From Sarea resinae (Eukaryota): a DNA stretch of 64,000 nucleotides. The notes under the pieces are model-generated. The model did not search any database and had not been told where the DNA came from. It saw nothing but the letters and a program-made list of their open reading frames with translations. The DNA lies in contig JAPEUD010000085.1 in NCBI GenBank assembly GCA_026026165.1, positions 1-64,000 on the forward strand, in the 5' to 3' direction. Positions within the stretch are counted from its first letter, which is position 1. The number at the start of each line of letters is the position of its first letter. Position numbers and translations under genes: made by a program. This document shows positions 22,336 through 34,816 of this stretch, piece after piece.

Positions 22336-24082
22336 CGGATGAGCTTGGGGGGGATGGCTCAGTGAGGTGGCGACAATCGAGCACGGAAGGAGGGGACGAA
22401 GGGGACGAAGGGGGCGAGGTCTGGAGAGGGTGTGGGTTTGATCTTAGATTCTTGTCGTCTTACCGTAGTTGTGGTCGGCGTTGATGTTTGTTCCAGCTGG
22501 CCTTTCGTTCAGCGATGGTGATGTGATGCGGTAATGGCCGCCGAGCGCGCGGTAAATGCCCGGCATTCCATGTTACGTAGCCGGAGACCCTGAATGGAGC
22601 CCGATGGTGTGATACTTGTTCTCTCAAAAGTATACATCTTCTTGGTCACCCCAGACGTTGATTGGGATGTACTCGGGAGGTTCGCCATTGTCACCTCTAC
22701 TCATTCTGGTCAAGGTGTTACCGGGCAGTACCTACTTTGTGCAGCGCAGAGGCCTGCCCGCCTGTCTTGTTCAGCATGCCTACGCCAACTCCGACAACTG
22801 CCCTTGAACTTGGAGTCGCGAGTAGAGTCTTACATTTTGTCTCTCACTATAGCTTCGGAGGTATCGAGGAGACCACCGGAGCCAAATAAAGTACGGCAAT
22901 TGATATCTACAACAAGACGGTAGAACTGGCACCTCATGGTCATGGCCTTCACGGCCCGCTTGCCTGTGAAATGCGATCACTCCTCCTTGGCAAATCCCTG
23001 GGCAGGAAGCCTTGGTTGGCGGCGGCACGGACTTCTCGTGCAATCCGAGATTCGATGTTAGAGAGCTCTTAGACCAGCCTCAAAGATGCCCACAATGCGG
23101 TCGTCATTTCTACTCAGAAGATGAAAAAGGCGGCCAAAGATCAGGGGTCCCCAGAGACAGCAACCCAGGAGTTCCTCCTCTGCCGACGAGGTCAATTCCC
23201 TAGCGGAGCCGCAGCGTCATCGAAAATGTTGCGCAACCGCCAAGATGCGAATCTTCCATACCAAAAGGCTCGAGGAGCGGCAGCCCAGAAAACCTGCCTT
23301 TCAGCTCACGACATTGATTTGCAGATGAAAACAGCTCTCGCACTCCACGGAACTCAAAGAATTTAGGTCAAGCGAGGATTGTGCGAATCTTTGCCGATAG
23401 ACCCTAGGCCGCATACCAAACTGCGATGGCGGCGGAGTGACTCACGGAGGCAAGTACCAGCAGAGCACGTTGTTGCCGCGACCTTGACCCTTCAAACACC
23501 GTGGGGACGAGGGAACGAGATCGAGCAAGCAAGACGAGCCTTTGCGAAGACATGTCGTTGTTTTCTAGACGGCTGGGGCTGTTCACCTCAGCATTTGGAA
23601 GGTGGGGCGGCAGACGAGGACGGTGGCTGCGGAGACGGTAGAAGCCGTCAACGTCCGAGCTTCGGCTCTGATAGGTGGAGAAGACGTAGAAGGGAAATAT
23701 GACAATTGGATGTAACTTCAAGGTTTGGCTGAATTTGACGGTGATCGGAGTAGCTTCAACAGGCAGGGTCTCGAGGGAATAAAAAATGGTGGCGGCAAAC
23801 CGATTTATCATAGCGAAGATAGCGACGCCATCCAGAAAATCTTCGATGATGGATGCGCTAGGGCGTGCCGTTGCCTAAAGCATCTGACTCCAGAAGACGT
23901 CTCCGGGTTCAGCTGAAAGATTTAGCTGATGGAGTCCACGGATCTGCGGCTGTGATTGAAGCAAACGGCTCGTTCATCGTAGATGCTCGGACGCAATACG
24001 CATCCAGGCGCTTCTTCGACCAGACCGTCATTGCGACGCAAGGTCGAACCTAGACGTTGCTCACTTGCCACATTGTATGGTA

Positions 24083-24838
24083 CTAACTGGTTGGCGTAGG
24101 AGACAGCCAGGCCCAAGTGACGTCGACTCTCCCCAGGCTAGGATCCGCAAGCTGGTCAAAAGCACCTGGACTGAGGTCGAGATCGGTAGCAGCGCATCCG
24201 ACACCTGAATAGGTCAGTCTTGCGCCGGTCACACCAATGCGATGACTTCAACCCACATCTGTCCACCACTTTCAGGTCGACACTTCTCCGCGCATTGACT
24301 TGCTCATCAAACCGCGACGCTCTGATCTTGAGCCCACAAAGCGGATTCGCATTCGGATCGGAGCCATTCTTCTCGGCGTCGAAGAGGAGATGGCTGACGG
24401 CGCAGATTTCGTCGTTGTTGGAGGATGTGACGCCACAAGCGCCGAGGCCGGGAGCGTAGTAAGTGAGATCGCCGGTGAATTTCTGGGATTTGGATGGGAG
24501 AGGCAAGTCCTGAGACCTATTCTTCTTCAGCTGTGGCGCACGCAGAGAACCGTGAGACCATACCCCGAATGTCGCGTCAATCCCACGGCCAATCCCACGA
24601 TCAAGCCAATGAGGCAGAGAAGCACGACGACCGCGGTCCAGAGGACGGTGCGTCTACTCCGACCCAAGTATCTCCTCTCCGGCGGCAGAATGGCATCGAA
24701 TTTCTCGGTCACGCGCGGGTTGCTCCACGTGAATTTCCCGCCGGGCAGGGTCGCCGCGCGCAAAGATCGTGGTAGATGCACCCCGCGCCCCTTCGGCGGG
24801 TGCTCTGGGACCTCCCACTCCGGCATCTGAGTAGCCAT
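24083..24838 (-). CDS. Single-TM RlpA-like double-psi beta-barrel (expansin/loosenin-like) protein, 2 introns
   Basis: TM segment (VVVLLCLIGLIVGLAVGL) then TGDLTYYAPGLGACG, NPLCGLKI, VVDRC|VGCAATDLDLSPGAFDQLADPSLGRVDVTWAWL. Confidence 0.85.
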
Positions 24839-25140
24839 CTCGACGGATTGGGCCGATCGCGGCGGACACGAAGGCTCTGGGATCAGGGAGGCCGGGATGG
24901 TGGTGAGGTTTTCGAGCTCGCCAAGGGGTTCGGTAAACACCTTGCCCGATGGAGCCCTCCGAGCGACGAGGTTGCCGCCATGCTGGTCGTCACCTCGAGT
25001 GATGATGCGTAGAGAGGGTGAGGATCGATCCAGCATCCGATCTCTTCCTCGCCTCGCAGACCCGATTCGAGGGAGCCCCATGCACCATGCACCTCCCCAC
25101 GAAGCATCGTGGACTCCCGGGGCGCGTCGACGACGAGATG

Positions 25141-25154
25141 GGGTCACGTGACCC
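25141..25154. promoter_or_regulatory. 14-bp palindrome GGGTCACGTGACCC (bHLH E-box) in the RlpA-like/SDH2 divergent promoter
   Basis: Read directly; second GTCACGTG at 25293-25300 and a CCAAT box (ATTGG 25369-25373). Confidence 0.5.
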
Positions 25155-25653
25155 GTTCGGTGATGGCCCACGCCGTCCGCGAAGAGAGCCATCTGAGGAT
25201 GAGGAGCGGCCGCCCTCATCACGGCGTCAATTGCTCTTCGTCCTCTCCGTCCCCTTCCCCGATGGCCGCCTGTGGCTTCGAACGCTCTCACGGTCACGTG
25301 CGTGGCAACCGGCCCTTCCCGCGGTCGTTCTACGGGTGCCGTCGCTGCTGAGATTCCTCTCGCGTCTGATTGGCCGTCGCCACCCGTGCGGTGATGATCT
25401 CAGCATGTCGACAACCGAGCGAGTTCCGAGGTCGATCGCCGCCGGGAGTCTTAGGTTGGGAATTTCGAGAGGCGGCATCGTGGGACTCTTCATCTTCACC
25501 TTCACCGTTGCCGTTGCCTTCCTTTCACCTCCACCTGCATCTCGTTTCTCCGCATCAGGACGTCGAGAGGAGTAGTGGTTGACCCGCAGCGACGACCTCT
25601 GGTCCATCAACTCAGCCTGCAATTCGAGATCTCTGCCGTTCGCCTCGAGCATC

Positions 25654-26649
25654 ATGGCCACCCTGCGCACCTCGACCACCCGCCTTTTGGCGTCCGCGAG
25701 ACCCGTGCGGATGGCTTCATCGCTCCGCCCCTTCGCCACCGTCACCGGTGATGCCCCGTCTCCCGCCAGGCATCCGATTCCAGAGTCGAAGACGTCGACC
25801 GTCCACGACCCGCACCCGAGCAAGGAGCCCGCCATCAAGACGTTCAACATCTACCGGTGGAACCCGGATGAACCGACGTCGAAGCCGCGCATGCAGAGCT
25901 ACGAGCTCGACCTGAACAAGACCGGCCCCATGATGTTGGATGCCTTGATCCGGATCAAGAACGAGATCGATCCGACTTTGACCTTCCGACGGTCCTGCCG
26001 AGAGGGCATCTGCGGGAGCTGCGCCATGAACATTGACGGTGTCAACACGCTGGCTTGTCTGTGTATGTGAATTGGGATGCTTGCGGGAGGATTGCACGTT
26101 ACTGACCGATCGGCAGGTCGCATTCCCACCGAGACGAAGAAGGAATCCAAGATCTACCCTCTTCCCCACACCTACGTCGTCAAGGACTTGGTGCCCGACT
26201 TGACCCTCTTCTACAAACAATACAAGTCGATCAAGCCATACCTCCAGCGCGACACCCCCGCTCCGGACGTGAGTCGTCGTCTATTCTTTCTCCCTCCTTT
26301 CACCGGTGTCTAATGATCACTCCAGGGCAAGGAATACCGCATGTCGAAAGCCGACCGCAAGAAGCTCGACGGCCTCTACGAGTGCATCCTCTGCGCCTGC
26401 TGCTCGACCTCGTGCCCATCGTACTGGTGGAATCAGGAGGAGTACCTCGGCCCGGCCATCCTGCTTCAATCCTACCGCTGGATCATCGACGCCCGTGACG
26501 AGAAGACCGAAGCCCGCAAGGACGCCCTCAACAACTCCATGAGCCTGTACCGATGCCACACCATCCTGAACTGCTCGCGGACGTGTCCGAAGGGACTGAA
26601 TCCCGGTCTGGCCATTGCCGAGATCAAGAAGAGCATGGCATTCTCGTGA
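25654..26649 (+). CDS. SDH2: Succinate dehydrogenase iron-sulfur subunit, 2 introns
   Basis: Mitochondrial presequence-like N-terminus, [56 protein letters not shown]. Confidence 0.97.
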
Positions 26650-27567
26650 GCGTGTGTGGGAAGGAAAGGCTGTTGGTGGTAGATCCAATGAAAATGGAAA
26701 ACAAAAACAAAGAGAAAGAGCCTGTCTCGGCCACGTTATGCGTGTGTGTGGCTGTTTTCAGCAACTCGTTCGCGTCGATCGTAAGCGCCTCGTTTCCCCT
26801 CCCCGTCCGAGACGTCAATTCGTCAATCTTCCGTCCCCCCCAGACTCCTTGGCTGCGAGTTCTGGTGGTTTCGTCGTCTCCTGTCTATCTCTCCGCACGT
26901 GTTCTATTCCGTCCCGTCCATCTATCTGTTTCTTTTGTGTATTCTACCGTCTGTTGCTATATCCGCGATGCAACGCAATGCAATGCAATGCAAATCCAAC
27001 CATACATCCATCAATCAAGTCTACGATCAAGGCACCAAACCATCCACCATCATCTTCATGTGCGGCTGAAGTCGGAAGAATCCATAGTCTGGCTCAACCA
27101 TCAGTCTAGATCCGTGCTTGTGTTGTGTGTGTGACCCTTGTCCAACCAACCCAGTTCAAACATCCATCTTGTCTCGAACTCAATATTCCCGCTGCTCCTC
27201 CCTTCTTCCCCCACCCCTGGCCGCCCTTGGCACACCAAGCTATGAATACCCCCACCCCCATCCAGCCCAAATCCCGACATCCTCACACAACGTCCCATCA
27301 CGGGATAGCCTACCTCCGCTAGCCAGAGACCCTCCGCCGATATCCTCGCACTCTCCATCCCCATCCTCACCCTCATCCTCAATCTCAGCCTCAAGCTCGT
27401 CCTGGTTCGTCGGGCTGGTCCTTGCGGGCCCAATCGATCGATCGATGCTGCTCTAGATCAATGTGTTGAGTTATCTCTATCTTATCTCGTCGAACTACCT
27501 ACCTGCGCACCTGTCTCAGGCTCGGTAGCTACTGTAAGGACCGTCACAGAACAGGTGCAGTCGCACT

Positions 27568-27591
27568 CACGGTCACGGTCACGGTCACGGT
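27568..27591. repeat. (CACGGT)4 tandem repeat in a low-complexity intergenic region
   Basis: cacggtcacggtcacggtcacggt; nearby (CTGAG)3 and (ATGCA)n tracts. Confidence 0.8.
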
Positions 27592-29043
27592 GAAAGGGAT
27601 GGATAGATGGGTGATAGACCACCGAATCCACTAATAGAGCAATCAGCCAGCACTCTCCAGCTCTCAGACAGACAGACAGGACAGGACAGGGGGGAAAAGG
27701 GGGCGTCATTGGTGAAGCGGAGTCGATGGATCGTATTAGTGTCAGTGTTGTAGGGTTGAGTAAATTTTTACAGATGCCAAAGGAAGGAAAGAAGGGAAAT
27801 GTGCCTGAGCTGAGCTGAGCTTAGTCATGCAATGCAATGCAATGCGAAGTGATGCCTTGAAGGGAACCATGACTGTATGGCTGGCTCTCCTACACTGCCC
27901 ATGTCCGCCCGCTATCCCTGAAAAGCATCCAGCATCCAGCAGCCACCGAGCCCTTCTCTACCCTTCGCCTCGTCTCAACTAGATGTCAAAGACCTCGCTG
28001 ATGGCTTGGATAGAGATGTAATGCATGCCTCCCCCACTAACGCCCCTCTCGCGGTCGGAATAGAAAGGACGGGGGTGGAATTTCTCGATCATCACAGTAG
28101 CGTTGGGCGTAAATGTAGTAGTCCAAGCAGCACAGAGATACGTTGGAAAGATCATATATACCAATACGGTACTTGGTTGTGGACGGAGCGGCTCTTGACA
28201 AGGTATGACGATCAATTTGGCATTAATCTCACATGTGAAATGGAAAAGTACGGTCGATACAACCAGTGTTAGTGTAAGTGGATATGCTACCCGTTAGTAT
28301 TGAAGCCGCCTTCGAGAGCGGAATATCGAGCTGGTTGGAGGGCGGGCGTGAGAAAGAGCAATAAAGCACTCGGATCAAGGGAGACGGACATGGGAGTGTC
28401 TCGACCGCCAACACCTGAAGTCTCTGTCCCCCATGTCTCATACGCAATTTTGACGCACGTTGTCCGCCTGATTGACGAACCGAGCTCAACGACAGCAACG
28501 CCTTCACGACGAGAGGAAAGCCTTGACCACAACTTATCAGCGGCGTGAGGATGCTACACCGTAGCCTCTTCGCAGATCTCGGTCAGACCTATCCAGGAAA
28601 GGAAGGGGGGTTGAACTGCCAGTGTCGCGGCGAAAGCGGCTCGTGATTACGGTGTGAAACGAAGCCGAGAATTGCAAGCGCTAGGCCCCAGGCGACGCTC
28701 GCGGGCATCCCGAGCGGCTCTCCTATTATTTGGCCGTGAACCTGTGCCTAATAGCCAAAGAGAATACCCTGCGATGAAGACATACAAGTCCCTCTCGATG
28801 GAGTGAACGAACAGTTAGTATCCCTGGCCGGCGTCTGCGAGCGATACACCTCGTCCCCCATGCCTGGTGTCTCGCCAAGAGTCATGCGATCGAAGCCGAG
28901 AAGGCAACGACGGACGAAGAAAAGCGAGTCCATGGCGCTTGGGCCGACGGAAGAGATTCAAGGGGAGGAAATCGCAGACAAAATGATTCCAATTCAAGAT
29001 CAAGGACGTAGACGTCGAGAAAGAAAACCCCCCAATTTCAAGG

Positions 29044-29770
29044 CTAAGCAAACTCCCACACCGTTCCCATATCCCCATGGATCTCGCCCATCGTAAGAAT
29101 GCCCTCGCCGACGCTCCGAAGATAGAACTCCGAGAAGATACTCTCTACACGCACCCTCATGGTGCCGTCCCAGGGCACCGGCTCCAGGTGAGTCTCGCCA
29201 TCTTGGTCCATCTGGTCCGTGTATTGCTCCGACACCTCGGTCGCCGCGTCGATCGCGATCACGTACCCGGGCTCGTCGTCCGTGGCGTGCAGGATCGAGT
29301 GCAGCGACGCCGCGTCAATCATCAGGCACGCGTCGCTGCAGAGCCCGTCGGAGCGGAGTGGCGGCCCGCGGTCCGCTTCGTCGTCGTCGTCATCTGGGTT
29401 GTTTGGCTTGTACAGAGGGTTGAAGATTCTGCATTCCTCTCCCCGCCGCGCCGCCGGTGGCACGTACACGTTGTCAATCAGCGGCACACGAACAAGTCAT
29501 CTCGGCCCCACTGCCGCGGGGACGTACTCACAGACGCACTTCCTGGGCAGTCCGATCCTTCAACGCTGCCTCGTCGTCGATGAACTTCAACGTCGCGAGA
29601 TCGGGGTCGCCCCGGTTCTCCTCAATCTCCTCTCGGCCCTCGGCGGTCGAGAGCGTCGCGAGGATTTTGGTTTTGGCGACGGCGAATGCGGCATCGTCGT
29701 CGTAGGTCGTGCGGTAGACGACGAAACCCCACTGGTCTCCTGCTTCGTCTTCTGATGATGAGGAGCTCAT
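29044..29770 (-). CDS. Hypothetical acidic protein (WGFVVYRTTY motif), one intron
   Basis: Exon 1 MSSSSSEDEAGDQWGFVVYRTTYDD...EVR joined by a GTGAGT...TGCAG intron in frame to LIFNPLYK...DACLMIDAASLHSIL...; strong GC3 bias. Confidence 0.7.
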
Positions 29771-31114
29771 AGGAGGGATGAATGATTGCAGAATTACCTG
29801 TGGTAGCAAGCAACTATTCAATCCACATAGCAGTAAACCGTTCGATGTTCCATTATCTGTTGTTTCGGTTTCGGGAAACTATTTAACAGTCCGTGAAGAC
29901 ACCCCGCTTACCTGCCTCTGTCATGGCAGCCTACGAGTAATCCCGCTACCCTGACGGCCCACATGAGCGTAATGCTAGGCCGCCAAGGGTCAAACCCGCA
30001 AACATCCATGGACCGATCGCAGCATACTCCGCATTAAGAATAGCAACTAACATGAGACAAGTCTTACACTGATCGGAGTGATCGTCTAATATTTCTTTAA
30101 ATAGACTCGCCACCTGGTGGATAGCTCTACATACGAAAAACAATTGGTTTTAGCGATACGAGAAATACGCTCTTCGTTGATATTATATTCTACCCCCCAT
30201 CTTGTCCCAGTCTGTACTTTCCAAATCAGACCTTCTTAGTACCGCGTAAGAGTCTAAGATGCCAATTGGGGGAAAATGAAAACCCAAGAAAAAGAAAGAA
30301 GATGAAATGAAAACATGAGATACCGTACAAGGAATCCACTAAATTGGAACACAATTTAGCATTTCCTTTTTTAATTTTGCATTACTTTTTCTTTTATTTG
30401 TCACGAACTTGATCAAAAAAGAATAACGTTCCCGGGTAAATCTATCTATGAATTATCTACGAATTCCGACTTAAATCCGCAGTGCTACCAATCAGTCGAA
30501 AATCAATGGAAGATCATGCTAGTGTAGTAGATATGGCCAACAAGAGAGAAGGCTAAAGACCTTCGACATCCTTAGTGTAATGAAAGAGTAGGGAAGTATG
30601 AGCAGAGGCACCTGTCCGTGTTGGCGTGAGAATGCAATTAGTGACGAGCTTGGTGCAAGAACTCCGGATAGGCGTTACACTGGACGTACGCTATGATCTC
30701 ATTGATTTGCCTTTTTCGTGAACCACCTGCGTCGGCCACCAACCCCGACAAGTGCCTCGAGTCATCTTATAGAGTAGCCAGAGCCAGAACATCAATTCTG
30801 GCGTCAGCTTTGGAGTCAAATGCACAGCTCTGTCGAGGCTGAACGGCTTCAGAAAACAAGGTATCCGTGCTCGTAACATGTCTCCTACTGTATCATATAC
30901 CTGTTAGATCAGAGCATAACAGCGGAAAGAAGGCGATTTGACAGTAAACCAGCCGAGCGGCAATTGCATAGGCGCGGAGGAAGCACCGTCGCTTTATCTA
31001 GACTGGTGAGAACGTGATTATTGGACCGACACGACCGACGTTTACTATTCTCACCGTTGCATCCTCCTAGATCTGGGAAAGCTTTTCAAGGAAGGCTCTG
31101 CTACTTCAGTATCA

Positions 31115-34100
31115 CTAGAGAGCGCCATGATCAAGCAACAACCGTACCACACTGTTATGGCCTGCATCTGATGCCACTTGAAGTGCAGTGCAAGAAGGTC
31201 CAGATTAGTTAACGTCTGCATCATGATTGAGTAGCAGTCGGACCACGTTTCTATGGCCCTTAGATGATGCCTCTTTGAGTGCAGTGCTACAAGGTCCAGT
31301 TTGGACGACATCTGCACCATGACGGAGTAACAGCCGGACCACAATTTCATGGCCCCTAGATGATGCTATTCGGAGTGCAGCGCCATGAGGTCCAAATTGG
31401 TTGACATCTGCGCCATGATTTAATAACAACTGTGCCATATTGCTATTGCCCCTGGACGATGCCGCTTGGAGTGCAGTACCGTGAGGTCCAGATTGGTTGA
31501 CATCGGCGCCATGATCAAGTAACAAACGTATCACGTTTTCATGGCCCGCAAATGATGCCACTTGGAGTGCAATCCTGTAATGTAAAGCAAGGGATCTGTC
31601 ATACAACCGTCTCCATAAGCCCTGGTAGAATCCTGGGAGTTCAGAGTAACTGGGTCTGGGTTCGTTGACATTTACGGTTTGGTTGACATCGGCGCCTTTT
31701 TCAAGCAACAATCGTATCACGTTTTCATGGCCGGCAGATGAGGCCATTTGGAGTGCAGCGCCTATAGATTCATGAGGTCCATAAAGTCCGGGTTGAGCGA
31801 AATCAATTCCGCTTTCGAGTAAATGTTGCACTATCTTATAATAGCCATACTCAGCGGCGCAGGATAGGCTCGACTGAAGCCAGTTGATATTTAGATTCCC
31901 ATAAAAGCCTTTAAGTTCACTGAGCTCCTCTAAAATTGAGCTCAGTCCAAAGCAACACCCTAGAAATAATGGTGTCGATGGATCCAGAGCTTGCTCAAGC
32001 TTCTCGCTCAAAGGAGTCCCCACTTCTAATGAGACTTTCTGTCTTTCTCCGATTGTGACCCATCTCCGATATGAAGAATTGACATCGTATGGAAAACAGA
32101 ATTTCTTCAACTTTCGTCTCGGTCCTGTCAGATTGGGATCTTGTTCGATGATTTCGTAATGCAATGGGAAATATAGGGTCGCATAAGATCTTAAAATGTT
32201 GTACATACCGCCTGCCCCGGACACTAGACTGTTGACTATAGAACTTTTTTATGTGTCGGAAATCCTGCCTTTTAGTAGTCTCCTCTCACGGATAGTCCGT
32301 TCGAGTTCTGAGTCGATAAAGTCGATGATATCCCCGCTATTGTCATCTGCGTTGATGAAGATGTTAGGAAAGCCTTTTAAGCCAATGACGATATCCGTAT
32401 CATCTCGGCTGGAAACGAAGATTTTCACAAGATTCGCCGACTCCTTCATGACGCGGCCTAGAGCAGATAAGAGATCGAATCGTCTTCCCGGCTGACATTC
32501 ATCCAAAGCATCGATAATGATAGTTGCTGGACTTGTGGCGGTCAGGGATAGAATCAGCGCCACGCTCTCATCCACGGTCAGCTTTGCCGGCTCCATGCCG
32601 TGCTTATCTGCTTCTTTCTTTTTGCGGCATATTCCAGACTGACAGGATCTCTGATGGGTGAGTCCAAGTCAGTGCAAGCCAACTGTTTCAAGACCGCTCC
32701 CATAATCTCATCTGGATCTGAGCGCCTCTCGGCACTATTTCGTGCGCAATAGAAGTACGCCAAAGGGGCCGTAGATGTAATATTCGCGGCCTCTTCTATT
32801 GAACCTTGAATGACCATTGAGCTTCTGGATATTAGTGGCAGACACATTCAAGATACCGGTCGTGGATACCTTACGTGAGTTTGGTTTTGCCAGAGCCGAC
32901 TTTGTGCAACACCGGTAAGCCGGTGAATTTCATATAAGGGACGGCGGACTTACGTATCCCATGTAGCCATAAGAAAGAAGAAGTACTTGACTGTTTCCAG
33001 TTCATATAGTCGTCCTTTTTCAGTGACCACTGCCCAGTTCCAGACAAAATATCTTTCTTTGCTGTCTTATGATGTTCGCTGTACGGTATTTGTGACAGCC
33101 AATGAAAGACTTTCCGACGCTGTTCACCTGCGGTCTTATCAGATCATACCAGGCAGTTCTTGTAAGTAAACTAACGGCTCAGATGGTCGTGGAGATCAGT
33201 CACCCGACCGACCACGCGAACCAAAGGAAGATCCGGACTTTTCAAGAGTTGATAGAGACGACTGTCTATGGAGTCGAGCTTATCTCGTTGCCCTTTGAGA
33301 TTATTAGTGTGATCAATGACTTTGGACGAAGACCCACATTCTGCTTCAACGAGACGAGCAAGATTATTGACTTGCGTTTCTTCGTACGTGATTTTATGAA
33401 GCAACGCATCGGTCCTCTATCAGATTTCATTGCGCTCGTTGTAAAACGTCCTGATTTGACATTAGCTGGGTATTGAAAGATAAATCGATGATATCTTGGC
33501 TCACCTATTGTGTGATGACTGTAATAACGCTTTGCGGTGGAAAGGTACGCCAAGATTTCCGCGTATATCTTCACGATGCCATGCTCTAGATTATCTCTAT
33601 GGCCGGAAGCTCCACGCAAATAGACTTGTTCAAAGAGAGTGTAGCGCGTGATCAGGTTAGAGACATATTCTATGCCTTCAAGCATAGCACCAAAAATCTG
33701 ACTGTCGTCCACCACCAGCTATCCGGCATCAGTCAAGATCATTTTTAACACCAATTGAGACGTTACTTACCTGAAGAAGGAATCGCACACCTGCCCAGGG
33801 TAGAGCCGCATGCCCGGGGCCGTACTGTACGGCGACATCACCGACCTCTTTGAATTTATTGACCCAATGTGTTACCTTGTCAAAAAGGTCTCGACATATG
33901 ATCACTTCGCCGTTCTTCTTCTTGTAAGTCCACCGCCGGTCCAGACACAGCTGTCTCTTCTCTTTGACCGTTTCTAGGATATCCCTCAGGATATCAATCT
34001 TACCAGGCCGGCTGAGATCGATGTGCTGTCTGTCTTCGGCACATAGAGTCTTGAGCGCCTTGGTCCAGAGATCACTGGTGGAGCTGTAGATCGCTAGTGA

Positions 34101-34188
34101 ATTAGCCCGGTGCCCTAACGCCGGACCCTCGAGCCGGATCGCTTCGCCGATCTTACACAGAAGCTGAAGCGGAAGTTGTGGATGCCAT
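31115..34188 (-). pseudogene. NACHT-ankyrin fungal NLR-like pseudogene
   Basis: N-terminal DLW..A...GDVAVQY.P.HAALPWAGVRFLLQ domain, GTGQW, LWLHGI|xGSGKTKLT (Walker A), IIIDALDEC (Walker B), KIFVSSR, ankyrin repeats (TALQAASSRG). Frameshifts near 33410, 33015 and 32615; in-frame TAA at 32249 and 31205. Confidence 0.85.
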
Positions 34189-34816
34189 GTCTTCAATTCA
34201 GATTCGCCCAGAGAATAAACGAGCATAGGTATTGCTCTGATTTTTCCAGGCCTCCAGATTCGCGTGAAGTATCGGATCCATGATATGAAAGACTCGGGGC
34301 AGCCGTCCGCTCAGCAGCTCGCGGCTGTGCATGGGCTCAGCGATAATTGATTGGTGGATGCATCTCGTTTTGACTGCTGCCTGGTGGTCGTATATCACGT
34401 GGGAAGCAGCACTGGTCATTGACAAATGGAGGGTCTTATCCATCTCTCAATGCTTCAAACGGCGTACTGACCTTTTCACGCACTGGAGCGTTCGTCGAGC
34501 GGTCGCGGCCGAAGTTGCCCGTTGAGATGGGTTTAAACGTAGAGGTTCGTCGTGCCAGCCAGCCTTCAAGAGAGCACCCGAGGCTTTTTCAGTAATTTGT
34601 GCATGCATTTAGTAGCCTCTGTCAAGATTACTACGGACTAATGGGGATCGTTTTGAATGATGGTCGACGCTATCGACTTGTGTGGCTCTATGACCTATCT
34701 GCCACCCTAATCTGTTCTCTGCCCCATTCTTGCGCTGTTGCAAAGCTTTCGCGCGACTCTCATGGGCGACGCTATTCCGCATTTCGCTCGAGAGAACGAC
34801 AAGGATTAGATGGGAC

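Noticed and set aside
22594..24053. Chain of short + strand ORFs including a CPQC motif
   Set aside because: Fragmented, with no consistent splice model or recognisable family. It may be a decayed gene but I cannot support that.
25654..26649. SDH2 as part of the purine cluster through fumarate
   Set aside because: It is separated from the cluster by unrelated genes (DER1, RlpA-like), and the metabolic link is too indirect.
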